64,000 nucleotides of DNA from Sphingobium sp. (GCA_035911355.1 JAMHVU010000071.1:51835-115834), one strand, 5' to 3'. Positions 1-10,863 are shown, counted from the stretch's first letter. The notes: generated from the sequence alone by a model not told the origin. Translations and numbers: made by a program.

Positions 1-693
1 ACCCGGCCAGGTGCCGCAGCGGTCTGGGAGGGGGACGAGATCGCCCGTATCGTGCCCGTCATCGAGCGATTGGCGAAGGCGGATATCGTCGTTTCGGCGG
101 ACACGCGCAAGGCGAGCGTTATGGAAGCTGCGCTCGCGGCCGGTGCCGGAGTCATCAATGATATTTCGGGCCTCACGCATGATCCGCGTGCGCGTGATGT
201 GGTGGCCGGCTCGAACTGTCCGGTCGTCCTCATGCACAGCCCCTCGTCCGGGGAAGATCCGCACGGCGGGCGCGAACATTATGGCAGCGCGACACGTATA
301 AGCGGCCCGCTCGCGGTGTTCGACTGGCTGGATGCGCGCATCGCGGCGTGTGAGGCAGCAGGCATAGGACGGGAGCGGATCATGGCTGACCCCGGCATCG
401 GTTTCGGCACGACTCTGGCGGACGATACCGCCACCGTGAATATGCTCGCGCTTTTCCATGGTCTTGGCGTTCCAATTCTGCTGGGCGCCAGCCGGAAACG
501 GATCGTTGGTGCGCTCTCGAAAGAGGCGCCGGTGGACCAGCGGCTCGGCGGGTCGCTGGCGCTCGCCTTGAACGCGTTTGCCGCTGGTTGCCAGATGGTG
601 CGGGTGCATGATGTCGCCGAGACAGTGCAGGCGGCGCAGGTGTGGCGGGGTCTGCGCGATGCCGCGCTTACGGCGGATATGGGTGCGGCATGA
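1..693 (+). CDS. folP: Dihydropteroate synthase (5'-truncated by window start)
   Basis: Frame open from base 1 (TRPGA...); motifs INDISG, VLMH, DPGIGFG, LLGASRKR, VRVHDV. Confidence 0.95.
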   Translation, partial: TRPGAAAVWEGDEIARIVPVIERLAKADIVVSADTRKASVMEAALAAGAGVINDISGLTHDPRARDVVAGSNCPVVLMHSPSSGEDPHGGREHYGSATRISGPLAVFDWLDARIAACEAAGIGRERIMADPGIGFGTTLADDTATVNMLALFHGLGVPILLGASRKRIVGALSKEAPVDQRLGGSLALALNAFAAGCQMVRVHDVAETVQAAQVWRGLRDAALTADMGAA

Positions 694-1808
694 ACCTCGT
701 TCTTGCCATTTTTGGGACCCGGCCCGAAGCGATCAAGATGTTCCCGGTTGTGCGCGCGCTACGCGAGATCGAGGAGATCGAGACGCATGTCTGCGTCAGC
801 GCGCAGCACCGTGCCATGCTCGATCAGGTGCTTGGCCTCGCGGGAATCGCACCGGACCTTGATCTTGATGTGATGCGCCCCGGCCAGTCGCTTGATGAAC
901 TGACGGTGCGCCTGCTGCAGGCGATCGGGGGAGCGCTCGATCTTCTGCGGCCAGAGATGGTGCTGGTGCAAGGCGACACGACGACTGCCTTTGTCGCTTC
1001 TCTTTCGGCGTATCACCGGCGGATTCCGGTCGCGCATGTCGAGGCGGGCCTTCGCAGTGGAGACATCCGCAATCCATGGCCTGAGGAGGCCAACCGCCGG
1101 ATGATCTCCAGCATTGCGGAGCGTCACTTCGCGCCGACGGAGCAGGCCGGACGCACGCTGCTGGCGGAAGGGCGCGATCCCGCCACCGTACATGTGACGG
1201 GCAATACCGTCATCGATGCGCTGCGTGAGATGCGGGAGGCGGTTGTTGCCCGACCTGAGCTGACCGTTGCTATCGATCCGCTACTCGCACGATGCGCGGG
1301 GCGGCGGATCATCGCCGTTACGACCCATCGCCGAGAGAATTTCGGTGGCGGCATGGAGGATATTGTCAGCGCAATTCGCGAAACCGCGCTTCGCAAGGAT
1401 GTGGAGATCATCTTCCCCATCCATCCCAACCCCAATGTCGTCGGCCCGGCACGTGCAGTGCTTGGCGGCCTTGCCAATGTGCATTTGATTGACCCACTTG
1501 ATTATGCCTGCTTCATCGCCTTGCTGGATGCGAGCTATCTGGTGCTGACGGACAGCGGTGGTATTCAGGAGGAAGCGCCGGCGCTGGGCAAGCCGGTGCT
1601 CGTCATGCGTGATAAGACCGAACGGCCCGAGGGTGTGGAAGCGGGCACCGCCCTGCTCGTCGGCACGAAGCGCGAGCGCATTGTCGACGCGGTTGCCCGC
1701 CTGCTGGACGATGACGAGGCGCATCTTGCCATGTCCCGCGCGCACCATCCTTATGGAGATGGCTATGCCGCCCGGCGCATCGCGGCGATCATCGCGCGCA
1801 AGTGCTGA
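690..1808 (+). CDS. wecB: UDP-N-acetylglucosamine 2-epimerase (non-hydrolysing)
   Basis: FGTRPEAIKM, VQGDTTT, HVEAGLRS, PWPEEANR, TDSGGIQEEA, PYGDG; ATG 690 overlaps folP stop (ATGA). Confidence 0.96.
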   Translation: MNLVLAIFGTRPEAIKMFPVVRALREIEEIETHVCVSAQHRAMLDQVLGLAGIAPDLDLDVMRPGQSLDELTVRLLQAIGGALDLLRPEMVLVQGDTTTAFVASLSAYHRRIPVAHVEAGLRSGDIRNPWPEEANRRMISSIAERHFAPTEQAGRTLLAEGRDPATVHVTGNTVIDALREMREAVVARPELTVAIDPLLARCAGRRIIAVTTHRRENFGGGMEDIVSAIRETALRKDVEIIFPIHPNPNVVGPARAVLGGLANVHLIDPLDYACFIALLDASYLVLTDSGGIQEEAPALGKPVLVMRDKTERPEGVEAGTALLVGTKRERIVDAVARLLDDDEAHLAMSRAHHPYGDGYAARRIAAIIARKC

Positions 1809-1878
1809 GCGGCATATTCATGCGGGGACGCAAAAACCGTTCCCATGCGTCCTTGAAAGCGGATAGAGCGCTGGCCCC

Positions 1879-3240
1879 ATGATTGCCCGTCCGGCGCCTA
1901 CCAAGGAAGCGGCGCGCCTGCGTCTCTACATCCTGTGCATCCTCATCGACATAGCGGTGTTGGGGTTGGCCTTCGCGCTCGCCAATATTCTGGTGCTGGG
2001 CGACTGGCGCGGAGAACCGGGCAAGCCCCATGGGCTGATCATGGCGGCGATGATCGCACCGGTCTATGTGCTGCTGGCGATCAGCGGCGGGGTCTATGGC
2101 ATTCGTATGATCGCCGACCGGAGAGCGAGTGCCATGCGTGCGCTCTGGGCGTTGGCGCAGGCGGCAGCGCTCATGCTCATCATCGTCTATCTTGGCAAGA
2201 TCGCCGATCAGCTCTCGCGCCTTACCTTCATTGTCGGCCTCCTGCTCGGCGGAGCGGGGCTTTATGTCGCGCGGATGCTCACGCGTCGTCTGGCGCGCTG
2301 GCTGGTGGGGGATGTGCCACGCATCACCGCGTTGCTGGTCGATGACGTGCTCATCAATCCGCCGGATGATGCTCACGTCATCGATGTCGCGGCCATCGGC
2401 TTTGATCCTGCGGCGCGCAATGCGGAAATGGCCGCGCTGCTGGCGCGCGCTGTGGATGCCGCCGAGCGCGTGGTCGTGGCCTGTCCGCCCGAGCGTGTGG
2501 AGGACTGGCGCGTGGCGCTGACCGCGCTGTCCGCCAAGGGTGAGATATTGCTGCCGGAGATGCGCCGCTTTGTTCCCGCGAAGGTCAGTGCTTTTGACGA
2601 TCATCCGACCCTTGTGGTCGCGGGCGGACCGATGGAGTTTCGTGACCGGATCATGAAGCGGGCGCTGGACCTTGCCATCACCGTGCCCGCGATCGTGGCG
2701 CTCTCGCCATTGCTGGCCGGCGCGGCGATCGCCGTGCGGCTCTCCGGGCCGGGGCCGCTGCTTTTCCGCCAGCCGCGCCTTGGCAAGGATGCGCGCCCGT
2801 TCATGATCTACAAGTTCCGCACCATGCACAGCGCGCAGAGCGATCATCGCGCAGACCGGCTGACGACGCGAGAGGATCCGCGCGTGACGCGCGTAGGTGG
2901 TTTTTTGCGGCGAACGAGCATCGATGAATTGCCGCAGCTTTTCAATGTATTGAAGGGTGATATGAGCATCGTCGGACCGCGTCCTCATGCGCCGGCGGCC
3001 AAGGCTGCGGATACGCTCTACTGGGATGTGGACGCGCGCTACTGGGCGCGCCACTGCATCAAGCCGGGGATGACCGGGCTGGCGCAGGTCCGTGGCCATC
3101 GTGGGCCGACGGACCGGCATGAGGATCTGCTCAACCGCCTCCAGTCGGACCTTGAATATGTCACCAACTGGTCGATCCCGCGCGACCTGCGGATCATCGT
3201 CGCGACGCTTGGTGTCCTGGGGCATGACAATGCGTTCTGA
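1879..3240 (+). CDS. Priming polyprenyl-phosphate glycosylphosphotransferase (WcaJ/CpsE-type)
   Basis: N-terminal TM helices; C-terminal [41 protein letters not shown]. Confidence 0.93.
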   Translation: MIARPAPTKEAARLRLYILCILIDIAVLGLAFALANILVLGDWRGEPGKPHGLIMAAMIAPVYVLLAISGGVYGIRMIADRRASAMRALWALAQAAALMLIIVYLGKIADQLSRLTFIVGLLLGGAGLYVARMLTRRLARWLVGDVPRITALLVDDVLINPPDDAHVIDVAAIGFDPAARNAEMAALLARAVDAAERVVVACPPERVEDWRVALTALSAKGEILLPEMRRFVPAKVSAFDDHPTLVVAGGPMEFRDRIMKRALDLAITVPAIVALSPLLAGAAIAVRLSGPGPLLFRQPRLGKDARPFMIYKFRTMHSAQSDHRADRLTTREDPRVTRVGGFLRRTSIDELPQLFNVLKGDMSIVGPRPHAPAAKAADTLYWDVDARYWARHCIKPGMTGLAQVRGHRGPTDRHEDLLNRLQSDLEYVTNWSIPRDLRIIVATLGVLGHDNAF

Positions 3241-3267
3241 GCGCGGGGACGGGAAGGAGGCGCGCGC

Positions 3268-4410
3268 ATGATGGTGAACTGCGCGCTCGCGGCGCTCGTG
3301 CTTATTTGCGCGGTTCTGCTGCTCTGGCCGTTCCTCTTCTACCCCGTGCTGTTGCGCCTGCTGCCGCCCCGGCCGCTCCGACCAGAGGGCAGCGCGGCGA
3401 TTCCCGATGCGACGCTGCTCTTCTGCGCTTATAATGAGCTTGCCTCACTCCCTGCCAAGATCGCCAATCTGCGCGCCTTGCGGGCGCGCCACCCTGGCCT
3501 CGCGGTGATGGCCTATGACGACGGCTCGACGGACGGCACGGGCGATCTGCTCGCCACTGCGGAAGGGGACGGCTTGCTGTCCCTTGTGCGCGGCCCCGGC
3601 CGTACCGGCAAGGCGCGCGGCATGAAGACGATGGCCGCCATGGCGCGCAGCGAAATTCTCATCTTCACCGACGCCAATGTCCTGCTGGATGAGGATGCGA
3701 TTGCCCGGCTGCTCCCTTATTATGCCGATCCGACCGTTGGCGGCGTGCTCGGTTCGCTGCGCTATGACGGCGCGGGCGAGAGCGCATCGGCCGGGGTTGG
3801 CGCGCTCTACTGGCGGCTTGAGGAGCATCTCAAGGATCTGGAAAGCCGCAGCGGCAATGTGATGGGGGCGGACGGCTCGATCTTTTCCATCCGCCGCGCG
3901 CTCTACCCCGATTTTCCCGATGATGTGCTGGACGACCTCACCGTCTCCATGGCCGTGGTCTTTGCCGGCCGGCGGCTCATCAAGGCGCGGGATGTGATCG
4001 CGCGTGAGGCGATGGTCGCCGAACGTCAGGACGAATACCGGCGCAAGGTGCGGATCGCGGCGCGGAGCTGGCGCACACACCGTCATTTGCGGCCGGGCCT
4101 GCGGGCCATGTCCCGGCTCGATCGGTTCAAATATGCCTCGCGCAAGCTCGTGCGCTGGTTCGGCGCGCTGTGGATGGGGCTGGGCGGCGCGGCGGCGCTG
4201 CTGTTGGCGTGGCGGCTAAACCCGGCTGCGGCCGTCGCGCTCTTTGCCGCCGTTTTTATTCTCGTGATGCTTGGCCTGATGATGCGGCGCGGGCCGATCG
4301 CCGCCGTTGTGGATCTGCTGCTTGCCTATGTGGCGACGCTGCGGGGCATCCGCTTGGCGATGGGCGGCGCGGACTTCACGACATGGCAGCCGGCCAAATC
4401 CCGTAAGTAG
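3268..4410 (+). CDS. Family 2 glycosyltransferase with TM helices
   Basis: AYNE, DDGSTDGT, FTDAN (DxD-like), DDL, RRKVRI motifs. Confidence 0.9.
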   Translation: MMVNCALAALVLICAVLLLWPFLFYPVLLRLLPPRPLRPEGSAAIPDATLLFCAYNELASLPAKIANLRALRARHPGLAVMAYDDGSTDGTGDLLATAEGDGLLSLVRGPGRTGKARGMKTMAAMARSEILIFTDANVLLDEDAIARLLPYYADPTVGGVLGSLRYDGAGESASAGVGALYWRLEEHLKDLESRSGNVMGADGSIFSIRRALYPDFPDDVLDDLTVSMAVVFAGRRLIKARDVIAREAMVAERQDEYRRKVRIAARSWRTHRHLRPGLRAMSRLDRFKYASRKLVRWFGALWMGLGGAAALLLAWRLNPAAAVALFAAVFILVMLGLMMRRGPIAAVVDLLLAYVATLRGIRLAMGGADFTTWQPAKSRK

Positions 4411-4444
4411 CTTTCCTGCTCAATCCCTGTATAGGCTCGCGCCC

Positions 4445-5185
4445 GTGATTACCCTGCAACGCATAGAAAAAGCGCTCGGCAAGCATGTAACGCGCACGAG
4501 CCTGCGGGTCCGGGCGGCGCTGGGCGCGGGCGCGGCGCGGCATTGCCCGGCGTGCGACCGGGATGTGGTGGGCTTCTTCCGCTATGGAGCGGAGCGCGAA
4601 TGGGGCTGCCCGCTCTGCGGCGCGAGCCCGCGCGAGCGGCTGATGCATGCGCTGCTCGACGCCGGGCGCATCATAGTGCCGCCCGCCGCCGCGGTTCTCC
4701 ACTGCGCGCCCAATGAAGCCAGCCTCGTGCGCCGGTTCAGCGCCGGGGCCGCCGACTATGTGCCGGCCGATATCGACCCCGCGCGCTATGATGTGCCGGG
4801 GATGCAGCGCATCGACCTGATGGCGATGGCGGACGAAGCACGGTTTGACATTGTTTATGCCAGCCATGTGATGGAGCATGTGCCGGACGACGCCCTTGTC
4901 CTCGCCAATATCCGCCGCGCGCTGAAACCGGGCGGGGAGGCCTGGCTCATCGTGCCGCTCTGGGGGAAGCCGAGCGAGGATGGACCGCCGGACCTTTCCG
5001 GGCGGGAGCGTGAGCGGCGCTTTGGCCAGTGGGACCATGTGCGCCAATATGGCCGCGACTTTGCGACCCGGATCACGGCGGCAGGCCTCGCCGTGGACCT
5101 GATCGACGCGCATAGCCTGCCCGCACCGGATGTGGCACGCATGGCGCTGGGCGATACGCTGTTCCGCGCCCGGCGCGTTGACTGA
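4445..5185 (+). CDS. Class I SAM-dependent methyltransferase with N-terminal CxxC...CxxC zinc ribbon
   Basis: CPAC/CPLC, LHCAP, FDIVYASHVMEHVPDD, LKPGG, FGQWDHVRQYG; GTG start at 4445 inferred. Confidence 0.85.
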   Translation: MITLQRIEKALGKHVTRTSLRVRAALGAGAARHCPACDRDVVGFFRYGAEREWGCPLCGASPRERLMHALLDAGRIIVPPAAAVLHCAPNEASLVRRFSAGAADYVPADIDPARYDVPGMQRIDLMAMADEARFDIVYASHVMEHVPDDALVLANIRRALKPGGEAWLIVPLWGKPSEDGPPDLSGRERERRFGQWDHVRQYGRDFATRITAAGLAVDLIDAHSLPAPDVARMALGDTLFRARRVD

Positions 5186-5192
5186 GCGGCGA

Positions 5193-6500
5193 GTGCCGGC
5201 AATTCTCGATGCCTTGCAGCGCCTTGAGCGGCGGCCGGGCCTGCTTGGCCTGGTCAAGCTCGCCAATGTCGCGCTGGCGATGTTTTGGGGCTTTGTCGTC
5301 ACCTTCGTTTTCGTGCGTTTGCTCCCGCTTCCCGACTTCCGCGCCTTCCTGTTGCTCGTTGCCTTCGCGAACTTCACGGTCTCGGCGGAGTTCGGCTTTT
5401 CGACGATCATCTATGCCCGCCTGCGCCGGCATGTACTGACCGGGCAGGGCGGCTTCCGCGCCGAGGAAATCGGCGTGCTGATGGCGTTCCTGCTGGCGAT
5501 CATTCTGACGGGCGCGGTCGTCATTGCGGTGGCGCTCGGCGCGGGCTGGCTGAAAACCACGCAGCCGGGCCTTTTCCTCGCCTTTTACTGCGTGGCCGCG
5601 ACCAATCTTGTCGCGCTCCTCGCCAAGCGCGGGCTTGCCGCGCTCGACCATAATCTCTGGTGGGAGGGGCTGGACCTCTTCCGTCGTATCACGGGCATAT
5701 CCCTGCTATTTGCCGCGCTCACCGGCGGGATGCCGCTGATGACGAGCGTCCTCGCACAGCTTGTGGTTGCCGTGCTGTGCGTATTGCTCGGCCTTGCGAC
5801 GGTGCATCGTGCGCTTGGTCTCACGGCACGGCACTGGCTTGCCGTGCGGGTGGGCGGCGGGCATGTGCGGGCCAGCTATCTTGGCGATATAGGCCGCACC
5901 GTAGCGCTGACGGTGAGCGACGTAGCCGCTTATAACGCGCCCTATTTCACCATCGCGCTGGCAACAAGCGATGCCCGGCCGCTGCTGCTCTTCGATTTCG
6001 TGTTCAAGATGTCCCGGGCATTGTCGGCCGCGATCCGCGCCTTTGCCGAGACGACAATGCCGGCGATCACCCGCGCTGCCCATGGTGAAGACGTGGCGCA
6101 GTTTACAGGATTTGTCCGCCGTCTGGCGTGGCGATCCGCGGCGCTGGCGATCCTGCTTGGCACAGGGCTGATCGTGGCGGGGCCATGGCTCTCGGCCGAG
6201 CTGTTTGACCATCATGCCGTGCTCAGCCGGACTGAGCTTGTTGTCATTGCCGCGCTGCTCCTTGGTCTCGCGCCGCTCTGCGTCTCTGTTTACGTGCAGG
6301 CAGGCCTTGCCCGGTTCGCGCCTTTATTGCCGCCATCGGCTGCTTTTCTTCTGGGCAGCTTGTTGAGCGTTCCGATGAGCCTTGGCCTTGCCAGCCTTAC
6401 CGGCTGGCGCTTCGCCTTGTGTTTCGCGCTGGTCTATGCCGTCCTGCACCTGCTGCTCGGTGCCTGGCATGTGCGGCTATTGCGAAGGCTCACGCCATGA
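5193..6500 (+). CDS. Polytopic membrane protein, probable Wzx-like flippase
   Basis: Many hydrophobic segments; position inside polysaccharide operon; GTG start inferred. Confidence 0.65.
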   Translation: MPAILDALQRLERRPGLLGLVKLANVALAMFWGFVVTFVFVRLLPLPDFRAFLLLVAFANFTVSAEFGFSTIIYARLRRHVLTGQGGFRAEEIGVLMAFLLAIILTGAVVIAVALGAGWLKTTQPGLFLAFYCVAATNLVALLAKRGLAALDHNLWWEGLDLFRRITGISLLFAALTGGMPLMTSVLAQLVVAVLCVLLGLATVHRALGLTARHWLAVRVGGGHVRASYLGDIGRTVALTVSDVAAYNAPYFTIALATSDARPLLLFDFVFKMSRALSAAIRAFAETTMPAITRAAHGEDVAQFTGFVRRLAWRSAALAILLGTGLIVAGPWLSAELFDHHAVLSRTELVVIAALLLGLAPLCVSVYVQAGLARFAPLLPPSAAFLLGSLLSVPMSLGLASLTGWRFALCFALVYAVLHLLLGAWHVRLLRRLTP

Positions 6501-7651
6501 AGATCGCCATGGTTGACCCATCGCTTTTCACAGGTCGTTATGACGACAGCCTGTGCGCGGCGCTGGCGCGGGCGGGGCAGGATGTGACGCTGCTCGGTCG
6601 TCCGACCCGCGCGACGGATGCGATCGCACCGGTAGGCTATCGCTATGAGCCGCGTTTCTTCCGTCTGGGTGAGCGGCTGCGCGGGGTGCTGGGTGATGGC
6701 CGGGCAGGTCAGGTGGCCAAGGGGGTCGGCTATGCGCTCGACGCCGCTTACGGATCGCTTCATGCCTTTGCGGGCGATGTTGTTCACTTCCAGTGGCTGC
6801 CCCTGGCGCGGGTGGACGAGCGCTGGCTGCGCCGGCTCGCCGGGCGCGCGGCGCTGGTTCATACCGTCCATAATGCCACGCCCTTCCATGGTAGCGCCAC
6901 AGCGCAGGGGCGCGGCTATCACGCGCTGCTCGGCCGGTTTGATGCGCTGATCGTCCATGGCGAGCCAACCCGCGCGGCACTGCTCGCGAACGGGATTGAT
7001 CTGGCACGTATTCACCTCGTGCCGCATCCCCCTATGGATCTGGCAGCGGCAAGCGTGGCGGACCGTGCGGCGGTGCCATCACCCGCGCCGGGCGTGCCGC
7101 GCATAGTCTTCTTCGGCACGGTGCGGCCCTATAAGGGGCTGGACCTCCTGATTGACGCCTCGCTGGCGCTCTGGCGGGAGGGGCACGTCTTTGAACTGGC
7201 GATAGCCGGCAAGCCGTTCATGGATATGGCGCCGATGATAGAGCCGATCCGCATGGCGGGCTTTGGCGATCGGCTGGTGACGGATCTGGGGTTCCTCCCC
7301 GAAGGTCGGCTCGACGCTCATCTGACCTGCGCGGATATCATCGCATTCCCTTATCGCGCGATCGATTCCAGCGGTGCCTTCCTCTCCGCGCTTCGCTATG
7401 GCGCCGCGATGATAACGAGCGACGCAGGCATGTTTGGTGAATTGGATACTCGGGCAATCACGCGGTTTTGCGCGGGAGATGCCAGTCAATTGCGTGACGG
7501 GCTGCGCGTCTTGATTCGCGACGAGGCGTATCGCCGGCAGGCGGGCGCGGGCGCGCTGGCCTTGCTGCAAACCCTGCCCAACTGGGACGAGGCCGCACAG
7601 GGGACTCTCTTCGCCTATCGCGCAGCGCTCGCGGAGGGGGGCAGGGCATGA
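6497..7651 (+). CDS. Family 4 (GT-B) glycosyltransferase
   Basis: VHFQW, HTVHN, FFGTVRPYKGLD, FPYRAIDSSG; ATGA overlap with upstream gene. Confidence 0.92.
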   Translation: MKIAMVDPSLFTGRYDDSLCAALARAGQDVTLLGRPTRATDAIAPVGYRYEPRFFRLGERLRGVLGDGRAGQVAKGVGYALDAAYGSLHAFAGDVVHFQWLPLARVDERWLRRLAGRAALVHTVHNATPFHGSATAQGRGYHALLGRFDALIVHGEPTRAALLANGIDLARIHLVPHPPMDLAAASVADRAAVPSPAPGVPRIVFFGTVRPYKGLDLLIDASLALWREGHVFELAIAGKPFMDMAPMIEPIRMAGFGDRLVTDLGFLPEGRLDAHLTCADIIAFPYRAIDSSGAFLSALRYGAAMITSDAGMFGELDTRAITRFCAGDASQLRDGLRVLIRDEAYRRQAGAGALALLQTLPNWDEAAQGTLFAYRAALAEGGRA

Positions 7652-8421
7652 GCCAGACTGCCCGCTATCGTCGTGAACTGCGTGACCGCTGGCTCGCGAC
7701 ACGGCTGGCGCTTGCCGGCCGCCAGCATCAATATGGCGAGATTGTTGCCCTGCGCCGCTTCATTGCCCATTTTGGCATTGATTGCGTGGTCGATGTTGGT
7801 GCCAATGCCGGCCAATATGCCACGCAGCTTCGCAAGGATGTGGGCTTTTCCGGCCGCATTATCTCGTTCGAGCCTAATCCGGCGGTGTTCGCCCGGCTGG
7901 CTGAAAGGGCACGGAGGGATCGCGCCTGGGAAGTTCATAATATCGCGCTCAGCGATGTGGACGGCACGGCCGATTTCAACGTCATGGCTGCCGATCAGTT
8001 CAGTTCGCTGAACCCTCCGAGCGAGGGGCTGGAGCCGATCTTTGCCGAGCGTAACCGCATAGAGAAGAGTCTTGCGGTGTCCTGCCGCCGGCTCGATGGA
8101 CTGATGGACGAGCTGGGTTTGTCACATGGCGACGGCACCACGCTGCTCAAGCTCGATACGCAGGGGCATGACGCGCAGGTCTGCGCCGGGGCTGGTGCCA
8201 TGCTGCGCGGCTTCGCCGGTGTGCAGACCGAGCTTGCGGTCCGCCCGCTCTACAGCGGCGGCGTGGACTATGGGCAGATGATTGCGGCGCTGGCGGAGTT
8301 CGGTTTCGTGCCCAATGCCATTTTCGCGAACAACAAGGGGCATTTCCCGCTGCTGGTGGAGATGGACGGGCTGTTCGTGCGGCGCGATCTGGCGGGTGAT
8401 GGCAATATCCCGATCCTTTGA
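7648..8421 (+). CDS. FkbM-family methyltransferase
   Basis: VDVGANAGQY, ISFEPNP, LKLDTQGHD, VQTE motifs. Confidence 0.92.
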   Translation: MSQTARYRRELRDRWLATRLALAGRQHQYGEIVALRRFIAHFGIDCVVDVGANAGQYATQLRKDVGFSGRIISFEPNPAVFARLAERARRDRAWEVHNIALSDVDGTADFNVMAADQFSSLNPPSEGLEPIFAERNRIEKSLAVSCRRLDGLMDELGLSHGDGTTLLKLDTQGHDAQVCAGAGAMLRGFAGVQTELAVRPLYSGGVDYGQMIAALAEFGFVPNAIFANNKGHFPLLVEMDGLFVRRDLAGDGNIPIL

Positions 8422-10195
8422 ACCGGATGTCGGGCGAGGCGGACTGGCCTTCGCGCTGATCGCTGCGGCGCTTGCCGTTGCGGGCTGGGATGCGCTCACC
8501 TGGTATCGGCGGATCGCGCGGGGTGGGCTCTGGGTCGGCGAATATCTCTTCGCCCGGCAGGATGCATGGGTGCTTGGCGCCTATGCGCTGGCGCTTGCCG
8601 GGTTCGGTGTCTGGGTAATGATGGCACGGGGCAAGGCAGGCAGTGCCTTTGCGTCGCAGCGATCACGCGCTGCGCCATGGCTGGTGCTGATCGCCGCGAT
8701 CGCGATGGTGGTTGCCGCGCGGCTGGGCCGGGCTTTCGTCTTTCACGATTACAGCCCCTCGCGTGATGAAGTGATGACGGAGCTGGCCGGCGCCTACTTT
8801 GCCGAGGGCCGGATGGGCTGGCCGATCCCGGCGGAATGGCAGCCGTTCCATCGCGCCATGATGCCGGAATTCTACAGCCCTTATGGTGCCGATACGCACT
8901 GGACGGCCATTTATTTGCCGGTTCACGCTGCCATCGTCGCGCTGTTCCGCTGGCTGGGCGATGCAGCGCTGGCCGCGCCGGCGATGCTCGGTCTGGGCCT
9001 TGCGATGCTCTGGCGGGTGAGCGGTCAGATCTTCGGTGCAGAGGAGGGGCACCAGCGGGAGGCGCGGATCATCGTGATGGTGATGGCGCTTTCCTCCGCG
9101 CAGCTCCTCGCCACCGGCATGACCTATTTCGCGATGACCAGCCACTTCGCGTTCAATCTCATCTGGCTGGCGCTGGTGCTAAAGGATCGCGCGTGGAGCC
9201 ATGCGCTCGCTATGCCGGTGCTGGTGCTCGCAGCGGGATTGCACCAGTGGCATTTTCCGCTGCTCTTTGTCGGCCCGTTCATCCTCTGGCTGCTGCTCCG
9301 GCGGCAATGGGTGGCGACGGCCTGGCACATCGTAGCGGTGGCGCTGGTCGTGATGATATGGGCGAAGCTCTGGCCGATGGCGCTTGCCGATCTGGTCGGG
9401 CCACCGCCGCCCACAGATGTCCACCGCACGCCCACGGCGACGGAGAAGGTGGCAAGCCTCTTCAACCGCCTGGATAGCTGGCAACCGCTCATCAACACGG
9501 CGCGGCTCTTTGCCTGGAACAACCTGCTGTTGCTGCCGCTCTTGGCCCTTGCGCCCCTTGCGGTGCGCTGGCGGCCATTCATCCGCACGCTCTTTAGCGA
9601 TCCACCGGTCGTGCTGCCGCTGCTGCTCGGCGTGATCGCGGGGCTGATCCTGTCCATCTATCAGGGCTATGGCTGGGGATTCCGCTACATGCATGGGCAG
9701 ATGGGCCCGCTCTGTTTGCTGGCGGGATTCGGCTGGCTGGCGGTCGCGCGGCGAATACCATCAATCGCGCGTGCGCTCGTGATTTCCGGTACGGCGCTAT
9801 CTCTCCTCGCCGGATTTTGGTTGATCCGCGATACCGAACAATATGTCCGCGGCTATGCCCGCAGTATGGCGGCGATCCGCGCGGCCGACGCGGACGTCGT
9901 GCTCGTTGATCTGCGTGGCGGTTTCTACTTCAACGATTTCGTGCGGTTCGACCATGGCGTGCTGCGCCGTCCGGTGGTCATTGGCCTGCATATGCTGACG
10001 ATGGATCAGATCGATCAGCTCTGCGCGCGCTACACGGTGGCAATTGCGGATAAGGCGCTGTTCTGGCCGCTTGGCGTGCATCAGGTGCGGCTACGCTTCA
10101 GCCAAGGCCCGATGATCGAGGCGCGCCTCGCCCATATGCGCGACCGGCGCTGCGGGGTATTTCTCACGCCTGAAGCAACAGGGGAGGCGCGGTAG
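8399..10195 (+). CDS. Multi-pass membrane protein, probable GT-C fold glycosyltransferase
   Basis: About a dozen hydrophobic helices; loop SRDE (DE motif) after early TMs; GYGWGFRY motif. Confidence 0.55.
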   Translation: MAISRSFEPDVGRGGLAFALIAAALAVAGWDALTWYRRIARGGLWVGEYLFARQDAWVLGAYALALAGFGVWVMMARGKAGSAFASQRSRAAPWLVLIAAIAMVVAARLGRAFVFHDYSPSRDEVMTELAGAYFAEGRMGWPIPAEWQPFHRAMMPEFYSPYGADTHWTAIYLPVHAAIVALFRWLGDAALAAPAMLGLGLAMLWRVSGQIFGAEEGHQREARIIVMVMALSSAQLLATGMTYFAMTSHFAFNLIWLALVLKDRAWSHALAMPVLVLAAGLHQWHFPLLFVGPFILWLLLRRQWVATAWHIVAVALVVMIWAKLWPMALADLVGPPPPTDVHRTPTATEKVASLFNRLDSWQPLINTARLFAWNNLLLLPLLALAPLAVRWRPFIRTLFSDPPVVLPLLLGVIAGLILSIYQGYGWGFRYMHGQMGPLCLLAGFGWLAVARRIPSIARALVISGTALSLLAGFWLIRDTEQYVRGYARSMAAIRAADADVVLVDLRGGFYFNDFVRFDHGVLRRPVVIGLHMLTMDQIDQLCARYTVAIADKALFWPLGVHQVRLRFSQGPMIEARLAHMRDRRCGVFLTPEATGEAR

Positions 10196-10217
10196 CACCG
10201 GCCTCCCCCGTCGTTTT
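10181..10217. terminator. Hairpin between convergent genes (likely bidirectional terminator)
   Basis: GGGGAGGC (10181-88) pairs with GCCTCCCC (10201-08); short T run follows. Confidence 0.6.
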
Positions 10218-10224
10218 CGTCTAT

Positions 10225-10863
10225 TTATTGCTTCTCGGCGGCGAGAACGATCTTCAATTCCACCTCATCGCCGACCATGGGCACATATTGATTGATGCCG
10301 AAGTCGCTGCGCTTGATCTTCGTGGAAGCTTCAAACGCCACGGTTTCCTTTTTATTCATGGGGTTGACACCCGCTGCCTCAAACTCGGCGTCGAGTATGA
10401 CGGGCTTGGTCACGCCACGAATGGTGAGGTTGCCGTGGATCTTCGCGGAGTCTTTATCTTCAACATGGACCGCGGTGGAGACGAAACGCGCAGTTGGGAA
10501 CTGGGCGGCGTTGAACCATTTTTCGGTCTGAAACTCCTGATCGAGCTTGGCGATGGTCGTGTGCAACGTATTGATAGGCACGTCGACCGTCACGCTTGCC
10601 TTGTCGAGCGCCTTGGGATCGAGAACCAGCGTGCCGGTCCCGCCGGAGAGCATGCCCATATTCTTCGTGAAGCCGAAGTGATCGTAGCTGAAGAGAACCT
10701 GCGTATGGCCGCCCTCGATTGCATAGGTGCCACCGGTCACGCGGGTCGGATCGTCCCGGCCGGGCAGTTGTGGCGCGCCGGCGGTCTGGGCGATCAGCAT
10801 CGTCGTGGCGCCAAGCGCGGCAAGCGTACTGGCAGTAAAAAGGGCTTTGAAACGTCGGGTCAT
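10225..10863 (-). CDS. YceI-family periplasmic lipid/polyisoprenoid-binding protein
   Basis: Signal peptide; HTQVLFSYDHFGF, GNLTIRGVTKPV, IKRSDFG, DEVEL. Confidence 0.92.
   Translation of the reverse strand: MTRRFKALFTASTLAALGATTMLIAQTAGAPQLPGRDDPTRVTGGTYAIEGGHTQVLFSYDHFGFTKNMGMLSGGTGTLVLDPKALDKASVTVDVPINTLHTTIAKLDQEFQTEKWFNAAQFPTARFVSTAVHVEDKDSAKIHGNLTIRGVTKPVILDAEFEAAGVNPMNKKETVAFEASTKIKRSDFGINQYVPMVGDEVELKIVLAAEKQ

Noticed and set aside
1789-3225. Long antisense ORFs here and at 38017-39294, 39403-40530, 53085-54503 and 62268-63815
   Set aside because: Shadows of well-supported genes, expected in high-GC DNA; no recognisable motifs
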